Source: an uncultured Alphaproteobacteria bacterium
GTDB lineage: Bacteria; Pseudomonadota; Alphaproteobacteria; DATDPM01
Length of the DNA stretch: 64,000 nucleotides
NCBI GenBank assembly: GCA_963841995.1
Contig: CAWJEX010000004.1
Coordinates: forward strand, 3,087 to 67,086
Direction of reading: 5' to 3'
This document shows positions 38,733-47,516 of this stretch, one piece after another (the first letter of the stretch is position 1; each line of letters begins with the position of its first letter). The position numbers and the translations under genes were made by a program. Below the pieces are notes generated by a model. That model was not told the DNA's origin. It did no database searches and saw only the letters and a list, made by a program, of their open reading frames with translations.

Positions 38733-39713
38733 GTAAGGATCCGGGCCGGCGAGATAGTCGCGCACATAACGCGCGACCCCTTCTTCGAGAGAGGCGAAGG
38801 GATCGGTGAATCCGGCGGCCCGGAGCCGCGTCATCGTGGCTTCGGTGAAATACTGGTATTTGGCGCGGATCTCGGACGGCGTGTCGACGAAGCGGATATT
38901 GGGTTCCTTGCCGAGGGCGCGGAAAACGGCGCGGGCCAGATCGAGGAAGCTCCGCGCCTTGCCGGTGCCGAGATTGAACAAGCCGCTGACCTCGCGATTG
39001 TCGAGCAGCCACAGCATCGCGGCGGCGCAATCGCCGACCCAGATGAAATCGCGTATCTGCCCGCCATCGGAATATTCAGCGCGGTGCGAGCGGAACAGCG
39101 TGGCCGGCAATCCGGCGGCGACATCGGAATAGATCTGATGCACGACGCTTTTCATGGCGCCCTTGTGATACTCGTTCGGGCCGTAGACGTTAAAAAATTT
39201 CAGGCCGGCCCATTGCGGCGGCTGCGCGCCGCCGGCGGCAACCAGCCGCGCCACCCGCCGGTCGAAGGCGTGCTTGGTCCAGCCGTAGAGATTGAGCGGG
39301 TGCAGCTTCGCCAATCCCTGCGGCGAGCCGTCGTCATCGAATCCGTGGGCACCGTCGCCATAGGTAGCGGCCGACGACGCGTAAATGAATCGCACGCGCT
39401 GCTCGCTGCACCATCGCCAGAGCGACAGCGAGAGTTCGAAGTTGCTGCGGATCGTAAGATCGCCGTCGGTTTCGGTGGTCGAGGTCACCGCGCCGAGATG
39501 GACGATTGCCTGAATCCGGCTTTCGTTGAGATCGAGAAATGTAAAGAGGCCTTCAGGAGAGACGAAATCGGCAATCTCATGTTTGGCGAGATTGCGCCAT
39601 TTGTCGCCGTGGCCGAGCCAGTCGCAAACCACGATGTCGACGGCGCCCCGCTCGGTCAGCGCCGCCGCAAGATTGGATCCGATAAACCCGGCCCCGCCGG
39701 TAATAACGATCAT
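38727..39713 (-). CDS. hldD: ADP-L-glycero-D-manno-heptose-6-epimerase
   Basis: MIVITGGAGFIGSN...YASSAATYG...YGWTK; full-length HldD/RfaD. Confidence 0.9.
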   Translation of the reverse strand: MIVITGGAGFIGSNLAAALTERGAVDIVVCDWLGHGDKWRNLAKHEIADFVSPEGLFTFLDLNESRIQAIVHLGAVTSTTETDGDLTIRSNFELSLSLWRWCSEQRVRFIYASSAATYGDGAHGFDDDGSPQGLAKLHPLNLYGWTKHAFDRRVARLVAAGGAQPPQWAGLKFFNVYGPNEYHKGAMKSVVHQIYSDVAAGLPATLFRSHRAEYSDGGQIRDFIWVGDCAAAMLWLLDNREVSGLFNLGTGKARSFLDLARAVFRALGKEPNIRFVDTPSEIRAKYQYFTEATMTRLRAAGFTDPFASLEEGVARYVRDYLAGPDPYR

Positions 39714-39915
39714 CCGTTGCGTGCCCCCGGCGGACCAATCCCTAGCAGCAATGTCTGGCAGTTATAGGTCGCGGTATAGGGGGCCGCAAGCTTGGTTGCC
39801 GGGACCCTTGTGCGATCGCACAAAATCTGCCGCGATCGCCTATAATCAAGAAGCCGGAAAATCCGCTGTCAATGGATCGATCTCCGGAACGGCCAAATTC
39901 AAGAAAGGATTCGCC

Positions 39916-40173
39916 ATGCAAATCGACAACCGGCTGCTCGACGATTTTGCCCGTGTCACCAGCGGCGCGCTCGGCATGATGGCGCGCCTCAAAGACGAGG
40001 TCGCGGTGCTCGTGCGCCAGCAGATGGATAATATCCTTGGGCGGATGGAATTGGTCACTCGCGAGGAATTCGAAGCGGTGAAGGAAATGGCGGCGAAGGC
40101 GCGCGCCGAGCAGGAGAAATTGACCGAGCGCTTGGCCAAATTGGAATCGCGCCTCGGCCCCGGCGGCAAGTAG
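39916..40173 (+). CDS. ubiK: UbiK/YqiC-family accessory factor (BMFP)
   Basis: 85-aa coiled-coil protein (MQIDNRLLDDFARVTSGALG...REEFEAVKEMAAKARAEQEKL). Confidence 0.7.
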   Translation: MQIDNRLLDDFARVTSGALGMMARLKDEVAVLVRQQMDNILGRMELVTREEFEAVKEMAAKARAEQEKLTERLAKLESRLGPGGK

Positions 40174-40398
40174 CGCGCCAAGGAACACGCCAAGAAACCG
40201 CAAAAGGGCGAGCCCGCGCCGTAAAACCGCGAGCCGTGTCCGAACTTCCATTCCCCTATTGCACGGGTGCCGTCAATCTGGCACCGTACTGCTAATGGTG
40301 TCTGGCTCGTAGCTGCTCCACAATATCTCGCAGCCTATGAGCCGATAGGGGGGTTCGGCCGGCGGCACCCAACGCCCGGCCTACAAGAGGAGGACAAC

Positions 40399-40902
40399 AT
40401 GTCCACTCTGTCTGCAGAAATCTCCGAATCCGGATCCAATCCCATCGATCTCATCGAGGAAATCATCGGCGCCAATGAGTGGCCGTTCCAGCGCGCCGGC
40501 GAAAACGACTTGATGGCCGAGGTGGCGGGTCGTTGGTGCGATTACCGGCTCCATTTCGGATGGATTCCGGAGATCGGTGCCATGCAGTTTTCCTGCGCCT
40601 ACGACATGAAGGTAACCGACCGCAAGCGCGAGGCGGTTTATCCGCTGCTGGCCCTGGTCAATGAGCGAATCTGGCTTGGGCATTTCGACCTGTCGGGCGA
40701 GGGCGGTTTACCCTGCTACCGGCACGCCATGCTGCTGCGGGGGGCGAGGGGCGCCAGCGTCGAACAGCTCGAAGACCTCGTCGACATCGCCTTCAACGAG
40801 TGCGAGCGGTTTTATCCCGCCTTTCAGTTTCTGTTGTGGGGCGGCAAGAATGCCGCCGAGGCGATCGAGGCGGCGGTGGTCGAGACAGTCGGCGAGGCAT
40901 GA
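40399..40902 (+). CDS. YbjN-domain protein (putative sensory transduction regulator)
   Basis: Typical sequence of alphaproteobacterial YbjN family proteins (DLIEEIIGANEWPFQRAGENDL...). Confidence 0.65.
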   Translation: MSTLSAEISESGSNPIDLIEEIIGANEWPFQRAGENDLMAEVAGRWCDYRLHFGWIPEIGAMQFSCAYDMKVTDRKREAVYPLLALVNERIWLGHFDLSGEGGLPCYRHAMLLRGARGASVEQLEDLVDIAFNECERFYPAFQFLLWGGKNAAEAIEAAVVETVGEA

Positions 40903-41715
40903 CCCCGAAATCCGGCCCGGTGCTCCTCGTTGGGTGCGGGCGGATGGGCGGCGCGCTCCTCAGGGGCTGGATCGGCCGCGGAATCCCGAAAATTCAAATC
41001 ACGGTCATCGAGCCGGAAACGGCCTTCCGGGCAATGGTCGAAGCCGAGCACGGCGTCACCGCAATCCGCGACGCGTCGGAGATCCCGCCTGCGCTCAAAC
41101 CCGCAGTGATCGTGCTGGCCGTCAAACCGCAGATCATGGATCAGGTGCTCCCGCCTTACGCCCGCTATTCCGAAGCGGTGTTCTTGTCGATTGCGGCTGG
41201 CAAGAAAATCGCCGCCCTTAAGGCGCTTCTCGGCACCGGCGCGATTGTCCGGGCGATGCCGAATTTGCCGGCCGCCATCGGCCAAGGGGTGACCGTCGCC
41301 TGCGCCGATCCGAGCGTCGGGGCGGAGGCGCGATCGCGGTGCCGGGAGTTGCTGGCCGCGGTCGGTGAGGTTGCCTTCATTGAGAACGAGGATTTGATGG
41401 ACGCGGTGACGGCGGTTTCGGGAAGCGGTCCGGCCTATGTCTTCCTGCTCGCCGAATGCCTGGCCGAGGCGGGCGCTGCCGCGGGCCTCGATCCGGAACT
41501 CGCCCTCAAACTGGCTTGCGCGACGATCGCCGGGAGCGGCGCGTTGCTGAGCCAGGTCCGGCGAGGCGCCGGCGCGCCTCCGCGAAAACGTGACGAGCCC
41601 AGGCGGCACCACCGCCGCGGCGTTGGCGGTGCTTATGGCGAATGAGGGCATGCCCGATTTGTTGAAGCGCGCGGTCGCCGCCGCGGCGAAGCGCTCGCGT
41701 GAATTGTCGTCTTAA
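40899..41715 (+). CDS. proC: pyrroline-5-carboxylate reductase, frameshifted near 41570
   Basis: VLLVGCGRMGGALL (NADP-binding) ...AVSGSGPAYVF. The C-terminus NVTSPGGTTAAALAVL... lies in the adjacent frame and ends at a TAA stop at 41713-41715. Confidence 0.85.
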
Positions 41716-42019
41716 CAGCGCCAACTGGAAACCGAGCCGGCGCCGGATTCTTGCGCCGCCAATTTTGCGCCAAATTTTTCCGGATGAATCCCGCCATACT
41801 AGCGTTGCGGGGCGTTGCCTTGTGCGACGCAGAATGGCCGCCCAAAAAGCCCGAAAAGGCTTTGGATAAGGCTCTGATATTCGTACTAAAATTTTGAAAA
41901 CACTAAATTATTTCCTCCATCAATGAAATTCATGCTGCAGTGCAAAAAGAAATTGACATTGATGCGTATGGGGTTTATCTATTGTGCACCGCAACAATTT
42001 CCCACTCGGAGCGAGTCAA

Positions 42020-42457
42020 ATGGCCAAGGGCAACAACACCCCGTTCGATGTCGACATGACGAAGTTCATGTCCGGCATGAAAATTCCCAGCGTCAACTTC
42101 CAAGCTTTCGCTGCCAGCCAGCGCAAGAATTTCGAGGCGCTTGCCGCCGCGAACAAAATGGCCTTCGAAGGCCTGCAGGAAATCGCCCGCCGCCAGAGCG
42201 AGATCGTGACCTCGGGCGTCGAGGACATTTCCGGCGCCGTCACCAATCTCCTTGCCGCCACGACCTTCGAAGATCGTGCCGTGAAGCAGGCGGAGTTCGC
42301 CAAGTCGGTTTACCAGAAGGCGCTGGCCAATTTCTGGGACCTCGGCGAGATGTTCACCAAATCGAACAGCCGCACTTTCGGCGTTCTCAATAAGCGCGTC
42401 GCTGACAGCCTTGACGAAGTTAAGGGCATTGTCGGCTCCCAGAGCGCCGCAGCCTAA
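42020..42457 (+). CDS. phaP: phasin-family protein (PHA granule-associated)
   Basis: MAKGNNTPFDVDMTKFMSGMKIPSVNFQAFAASQRKNFEALAAANKMAFEGLQEIARRQSEI matches phasin TIGR01841. Confidence 0.8.
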   Translation: MAKGNNTPFDVDMTKFMSGMKIPSVNFQAFAASQRKNFEALAAANKMAFEGLQEIARRQSEIVTSGVEDISGAVTNLLAATTFEDRAVKQAEFAKSVYQKALANFWDLGEMFTKSNSRTFGVLNKRVADSLDEVKGIVGSQSAAA

Positions 42458-42510
42458 CTAATCGGAACAGCATCGCCGGGCGCGTAAACAGCCGGGCGAT
42501 TACCAGATAT

Positions 42511-42541
42511 GGCCGCCCTTAGGGGCGGCCGTTCTTTTTTT
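42511..42541 (+). terminator. Rho-independent terminator GGCCGCCC-ttag-GGGCGGCC followed by a T-tract (GTTCTTTTTTT)
   Basis: Perfect 8-bp GC stem plus a run of T, 54 bp after the phasin stop, between convergent genes. Confidence 0.8.
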
Positions 42542-42609
42542 GGGCGTGCAATGCTCAGAGCGGCAGGCGCCCAGTGCCGTTTAAAAGCACCGGCGCCTTC
42601 GAGCTTGCC

Positions 42610-43986
42610 CTAAAGCGGCAAACGTAGAGTCACGTTGAGACCGCCGTGCGGAGAATCGCCGAGCAGGATGTCTCCGCCATGGCGGTGAATGACATCGCGG
42701 GCGATGGTAAGACCCAGCCCCGTTCCCCCGGTTTCCAGATTGCGCGACGGATCGAGCCGGAAGAACGGCTTGAACACCGCTTCCCGCTGATCGGCCGGGA
42801 TGCCGGGTCCGTCGTCATCGACCAGGATCTCGACGCTGTGGTCGTTGACCCTCGCGCCGATCCAGACATTGCGGGCATGGCGCGTCGCGTTTGACAGCAC
42901 GTTCATCAGACATCGTTTGAAGGCGGCGGGACGCAGCGGAACCACGATGCCGCGATCGATATCGATCGACAGATTCTTGCCATTGCGCCGGAATCCCTTG
43001 GCGACCTCTTCGACCACCGCCGAGAGATCGACATCCTCGGGCATCTCTGCGCTCTCGCCCCGGGCGAAAGCCAAATAGCCTTCGACCATCTTTTCCATGT
43101 CCACGACATCGGATTTCAGAGCCGACAATTCGGGGCTGTCGCCCAGCATCGCCAATTCGAGCTTCATCCGGGTCAGAACCGTACCGAGATCGTGGGAGAC
43201 GCCGGCCAGCATTTCGGTGCGCTGGGTCATCTGCCGCTCAATTCGTGCCCGCATCAGCTTGAAGGCGGCTGCCGCCAGCCGGACCTCGGTGGCGCCTTCG
43301 AGCTTGAAATCGGGGACGTCCTGGCCCTTGCCGAAACTGTCGGCGGCTTGCGCGAGACGCCGGATCGGCCGGACCTGATTGCGCAGGAACAGGGTCGCGA
43401 CCGCGAACAGCACCAGCGACGTGCCGACCATCCACAGCAAGAAAAGATGGGTGGTGGCGCTATAGAGCCGCTTGCTCGGAACCGCGACATCGAGAATCCC
43501 GTTGGGGAGCTCGACGTCGACGCGGACTTTTTTGGCGAAGGCGTGGGCTTCGAGAATATAGGGCCGTTGAACCCGCTCTTCCAAGGCGCGGGCGAGAGTC
43601 TGCTCGATCTGTCTGTCGCCTGGCTCGGGCAGCGGCCGGACCAGGGCGATGCCCGGCCGCCAAGATACGGTCAGGTCCATGTCGCGATGGGCCATATCGG
43701 TGACGAAGGCGAGGATCGTGGGATCCAATTTCGGATTGGAGCTGCGTTCGATGATTTCGACCAGAACGCCGATGTCGCCGGCCAGCGCGGTCGAAAGCCG
43801 CCACGAAATCGTCTCCCAGTGCCGGTCGTAAAATACATAGGCGGTGACCAGCTGGAGCAGCACCAGCGGCGTGACCACGATCAGCAACGAGCGGGCAAAC
43901 AGGGTTCGCGGTAGAAACCGCTTGAGGATGGATTCGCTGCGTTTGATGGGGCGAAATCGCATGTCTCTAATCCGGCCGCAAAACAT
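42610..43986 (-). CDS. envZ: sensor histidine kinase, EnvZ-like (two TM segments, HAMP, HisKA, HATPase)
   Basis: H-box SHDLGTVLTRMKLELAML, G-boxes DDDGPGI and GGTGLGLTIARDVI. It pairs with the adjacent OmpR-like regulator. Confidence 0.8.
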   Translation of the reverse strand: MFCGRIRDMRFRPIKRSESILKRFLPRTLFARSLLIVVTPLVLLQLVTAYVFYDRHWETISWRLSTALAGDIGVLVEIIERSSNPKLDPTILAFVTDMAHRDMDLTVSWRPGIALVRPLPEPGDRQIEQTLARALEERVQRPYILEAHAFAKKVRVDVELPNGILDVAVPSKRLYSATTHLFLLWMVGTSLVLFAVATLFLRNQVRPIRRLAQAADSFGKGQDVPDFKLEGATEVRLAAAAFKLMRARIERQMTQRTEMLAGVSHDLGTVLTRMKLELAMLGDSPELSALKSDVVDMEKMVEGYLAFARGESAEMPEDVDLSAVVEEVAKGFRRNGKNLSIDIDRGIVVPLRPAAFKRCLMNVLSNATRHARNVWIGARVNDHSVEILVDDDGPGIPADQREAVFKPFFRLDPSRNLETGGTGLGLTIARDVIHRHGGDILLGDSPHGGLNVTLRLPL

Positions 43987-44650
43987 AGCCGCGGCCGCGC
44001 ACGGTCTGCAAATAGCGCGGCAGCTTTGGATCGGGTTCGATCTTGCGGCGCAGCCTGGTCACCTGAACATCGATGGCACGCAAGCCGCCGGCAATGGAGC
44101 AGCGCTCCCCCAGTTCTTCCCGGGATACGGGCGATCCGGCACTTTCCGCCAGCACCTTGAGCAGCCCCGCTTCGGCGGTGGTCAAGCGCACGACGTTCGA
44201 GCCGCGCAACAGTTCTTCCCGGACCAGATCGAAGCGGCAATCGCCCAGACGGATTTCCGGTGCGGGGGCGGCTTCGAGGGGAATGCGGCGGAGAATGCTT
44301 TGAATCCGCAATACCAGTTCGCGCGGTTCGAACGGTTTGTGCAGGTAATCGTCGGCGCCGGTCTCAAAACCACGCACTCTGTCTTCGGCTGCGCCCATCG
44401 CGGTCAATAGCAAAATTGGAACGCGATTGGCCGGACGAATCGATTTGACGAAAGTGAGCCCCGATTCATTCGGCATCATCACATCGAGCACGATGAGATC
44501 GAAGGCGAAGCTGGCGAGATGGGTGCGCGCTTCGGCGGCACCGGCGGCCGTCGTCACCCGGAAGCCGCTGTCGGAAAGATACTTGCGGAGCAGGCCACGC
44601 AGCCGGGTGTCGTCATCGACCACCAGGATATGCGGAGAATCGGTACTCAT
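43967..44650 (-). CDS. ompR: OmpR-family response regulator (REC plus winged-helix)
   Basis: ILVVDDDTRLRGLLRKYLSDSGFRV...DLIVLDVMMP...GADDYLHKPFEPRELVLRIQSILRR is strongly OmpR-like. I chose the start at the internal Met, MSTDSPH. Confidence 0.82.
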   Translation of the reverse strand: MSTDSPHILVVDDDTRLRGLLRKYLSDSGFRVTTAAGAAEARTHLASFAFDLIVLDVMMPNESGLTFVKSIRPANRVPILLLTAMGAAEDRVRGFETGADDYLHKPFEPRELVLRIQSILRRIPLEAAPAPEIRLGDCRFDLVREELLRGSNVVRLTTAEAGLLKVLAESAGSPVSREELGERCSIAGGLRAIDVQVTRLRRKIEPDPKLPRYLQTVRGRGYVLRPD

Positions 44651-44734
44651 GGCGGGATTATACCCGGGGTCTCCGGGGTAGCTACCCCTCCCGGCGTCGC
44701 CCCGGCCAGCCGAACGGCCGGGCGCCCCGCCCAA

Positions 44735-44862
44735 GCGGCCGCCTAACGGCCGCGCGCCTCGCCCAGGCGGCCGCCTAACGGCCGCGCGCCTCGCCCAGGC
44801 GGCCGCCTAACGGCCGCGCGCCTCGCCCAGGCGGCCGCCTAACGGCCGCGCGCCTCGCGAAG
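44735..44862. repeat. 32-bp tandem direct repeat x4, GCGGCCGCCTAACGGCCGCGCGCCTCGCCCAG, between the marR stop and the ompR upstream region
   Basis: Four contiguous near-identical units starting at 44735, 44767, 44799 and 44831. Each holds a 12-bp perfect palindrome AGGCGGCCGCCT (imperfect in copy 1) and a NotI site. The marR stop codon lies within the last unit. Confidence 0.9.
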
Positions 44863-45348
44863 CGGGATTGGCCGGCCGACTTTGGGCCGGTCGATTTCGT
44901 TGATGATTCCGGTAACGACCTTGCGGAAGCCTTCCACCGCTTCAGCGCCGGCTTGGCGGTAGGCCCGGGCCAGGCGCTCGCGTTGATTCTGGGAAAGCTG
45001 GCGTTCCAGTTCGACGCCTCTATTGGTGAGCTCCAACAAACGTTGACGCCGATCACGGCTTCCCGGCCGCTGGGTGATGAAACCTTCGCGGACCAACTGA
45101 CTAAGAACCCGCGACAGGCTTTGCTTGGTGATGCGCAAAATTCCGAGCAAATCCGAAACCGTGATGCCGGGATTGCGCCCGACGAAATAAATCACCCGGT
45201 GATGCGCCCGGCCGAAGCCATATTTCGCCAGCATCGCATCGGGTTCGGCGGTGAAATCCCGATAGGCGTAGAACAGGAGCTCCATGCCTTGGCGAAGCTC
45301 CTCATCCCGCAAAAACAAGGGATTTACGACGGATTTTAAGTCAGCCAT
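44839..45348 (-). CDS. MarR-family transcriptional regulator
   Basis: wHTH (VSDLLGILRITKQSLSRVLSQLVREGFITQRPGSRDRRQRLLELTNRG). I chose the start at the internal Met, MADLKSV. Confidence 0.85.
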   Translation of the reverse strand: MADLKSVVNPLFLRDEELRQGMELLFYAYRDFTAEPDAMLAKYGFGRAHHRVIYFVGRNPGITVSDLLGILRITKQSLSRVLSQLVREGFITQRPGSRDRRQRLLELTNRGVELERQLSQNQRERLARAYRQAGAEAVEGFRKVVTGIINEIDRPKVGRPIPLREARGR

Positions 45349-45527
45349 GTTGACATATATGCCGCATAACGTTAGGCTATGCAATATACTTGCAATATCG
45401 GCTTTGGGACGCGAACTGGAGTGCGGAATTGAAGAAATTCCGCGCCCGAGAATTCGCCAATTTGAACGCCCATTTGAATGCCGAATGGAAGCCGATTTGA
45501 ATCCGTGGGGGGACAAGAAAAACAATC

Positions 45528-46433
45528 ATGAGCAATCCGAGCATCATTCCCTTCGACGACCGCGACGGCGTTATCTGGTTCAACGGCGAGATGGTGCCTT
45601 GGCGCGATGCCAAGGTTCACGTGCTCAATCATGGGCTCCATTACGCGAGCTGCGTGTTTGAAGGCTTGCGGGTCTATGGTGGACGGATCTTCAAGCTGCG
45701 GGAACACACCGAGCGCCTGTTCGCCTCGGCCCGCGGACTCGGCTTCGAAATCCCCTATTCCCGCGACGATATCGAAGCAGCGATCCGCGCCGTGGTGGCG
45801 GAACAAAAAATCGTCGACGGCTATATCCGCCCGGTCGCCTGGCGCGGCAGCGAAATGATGGCGGTCTCGGCGCGCAAGAACCGCGTCCATGTGGCGATCG
45901 CGAGCTGGACTTGGCCCGCCTATTTCAGCGCCGAAGCGCGGCTGCGCGGCCTCCGGCTGGCGATCGCGAAATGGAAGCGCCCAGCGCCCGATACCGCCCC
46001 CACCCAGAGCAAGGCGGCAGGGCTTTATATGATCTGCACGCTCTCCAAGCACGCGGCGGAAGACGCCGGCTTCGACGATGCGCTGATGCTCGATTATCGC
46101 GGGCTCGTTGCCGAATTGACCGGTTCCAATATTTTTCTGGTCCAGAATGGCGAGCTGCATACGCCGATTCCCGATTGCTTCCTCGATGGTATCACAAGGC
46201 AGACCGTCATCGGTCTTGCCAAGACGCGGGGCATCAAGGTGATCGAACGGCAGATCGCTCCCGAAGAATTCGCCAAGACCCAGGAAGTGTTTTTGACCGG
46301 TACGGCCATCGAAGTGACGGCGGTCGGCGAGATCGGCCCCTATAAATTCACGGTCGGGCCGGTGACGCGGCAATTGGTCGAGGATTACGGACGCCTGGTG
46401 CGCGCGCCCGAAGCCGCCGCTTCGGCTGCTTGA
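45528..46433 (+). CDS. ilvE: branched-chain-amino-acid aminotransferase (class IV)
   Basis: Full-length class-IV aminotransferase (NGEMVPWRDAKVHV..., EVFLTGTAIEVTAV). Confidence 0.9.
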   Translation: MSNPSIIPFDDRDGVIWFNGEMVPWRDAKVHVLNHGLHYASCVFEGLRVYGGRIFKLREHTERLFASARGLGFEIPYSRDDIEAAIRAVVAEQKIVDGYIRPVAWRGSEMMAVSARKNRVHVAIASWTWPAYFSAEARLRGLRLAIAKWKRPAPDTAPTQSKAAGLYMICTLSKHAAEDAGFDDALMLDYRGLVAELTGSNIFLVQNGELHTPIPDCFLDGITRQTVIGLAKTRGIKVIERQIAPEEFAKTQEVFLTGTAIEVTAVGEIGPYKFTVGPVTRQLVEDYGRLVRAPEAAASAA

Positions 46434-46448
46434 GACAGTTTTTGACGG

Positions 46449-46757
46449 ATGCTTGAGCTCAGGCCGACCTGCGAGAATTGCTACAGGGCGCTGCCACCCG
46501 AATTGACCGAGGCGATGATCTGCACCTTCGAATGCACGTTTTGCCGTTCATGCGTCGACGGCGTATTGGCCAATGTTTGCCCGAACTGCGGCGGCGGCTT
46601 CGCGCCGCGCCCGATCAGGCCATCACGCAATTTGAAGGGTAACTACTATCTCGGCGCCTATCCTGCGCGCACCGCGGTGAAGCACCGGCCCGTCGATCCG
46701 CAATCACACGCGAAGTTTGCGGCAACCATCAAGGGCATTCCGCCCGAGAAGCGGTAA
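46449..46757 (+). CDS. DUF1272-domain protein (Cys-rich, zinc-ribbon-like)
   Basis: CENC...CTFECTFCRSC...CPNCGG arrangement of eight cysteines, typical of DUF1272. Confidence 0.6.
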   Translation: MLELRPTCENCYRALPPELTEAMICTFECTFCRSCVDGVLANVCPNCGGGFAPRPIRPSRNLKGNYYLGAYPARTAVKHRPVDPQSHAKFAATIKGIPPEKR

Positions 46758-46785
46758 AGCGCACCGCAAAGTTTTGGATTTGAGA

Positions 46786-47256
46786 TCAGCCGCGCTTTTG
46801 ATTCCAGCGCGCCGCCGCCAGATCGTCGCTGTCCCGGGATTCGACCCATTCTTGGGTCCCGGCCTTGTCTTCCATTTTCCAGAACGGCGCCTTCGTCTTC
46901 AGCCAATCGATCAGGAACCGGCAGGCGTCGAAAGCCGCGTCGCGGTGGGGTGATGCGGCGGCGACCAGCACGATGCGGTCGGCCGGCTTCAATTCGCCGA
47001 TTCGGTGGATGATCAAGATCGCCTCCAGGGGCCAGCGCTTTTGCGCTTCCGCTTCGATCTCGGCGAGCTTCTTTTCGGTCATGCCGGGATAGTGTTCGAC
47101 GCTGATGGCCCGGATTTTTTGCCCGGCGGGTTGATCGCCCGCCACATCCCGCACCAGCCCGACGAAAACCGCCACGCCGCCGATCTTCGGGTTGTCTTTG
47201 GTGAGCGCCGCCAGCTCGGCGCCGACATCGAAATCCTCGCGCTGAACCCGAATCAC
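46786..47256 (-). CDS. moaE: molybdopterin synthase catalytic subunit
   Basis: MoaE family (GAVAVFVGLVRD...HRIGEL). Confidence 0.9.
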   Translation of the reverse strand: MIRVQREDFDVGAELAALTKDNPKIGGVAVFVGLVRDVAGDQPAGQKIRAISVEHYPGMTEKKLAEIEAEAQKRWPLEAILIIHRIGELKPADRIVLVAAASPHRDAAFDACRFLIDWLKTKAPFWKMEDKAGTQEWVESRDSDDLAAARWNQKRG

Positions 47257-47261
47257 GGCTT

Positions 47262-47516
47262 TTAGCCTCCGGTCACCGGCGGGAACAAGGCAATCTCGTC
47301 GCCCGCCCCCAGCGGATGATCGGTTTTCACGTATTCCTGATTGACCGCGACCCGCACCACCCGCGGGTCCTTCAACGCGTCGGCGAATCCGCCGCCCCTT
47401 GTCTTCAGCCAGGCGATGAGCGAGGCGACGTCGGTCACATTCGCCGGCGGGTCGATATCCTCATCGGCGATCCCAATCTTGGTCTTGATCCACGCGAAGT
47501 AGAGAATTTTCATCCC
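47262..47516 (-). CDS. moaD: molybdopterin synthase sulfur-carrier subunit (ends in Gly-Gly)
   Basis: 85 aa, MKILYFAWIK...DEIALFPPVTGG, with the ThiS/MoaD fold and the terminal GG. Confidence 0.88.
   Translation of the reverse strand, partial: GMKILYFAWIKTKIGIADEDIDPPANVTDVASLIAWLKTRGGGFADALKDPRVVRVAVNQEYVKTDHPLGAGDEIALFPPVTGG

Noticed and set aside
37885-39030. About 100-aa Arg-rich N-terminal extension of the lgt ORF in the track
   Set aside because: It overlaps the hldD C-terminus in another frame. The lgt start is at the ATGA overlap with the hldD stop.
44735-44862. Possible CRISPR array
   Set aside because: The units are contiguous with no unique spacers, and no cas genes are nearby. 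It is a plain tandem repeat.
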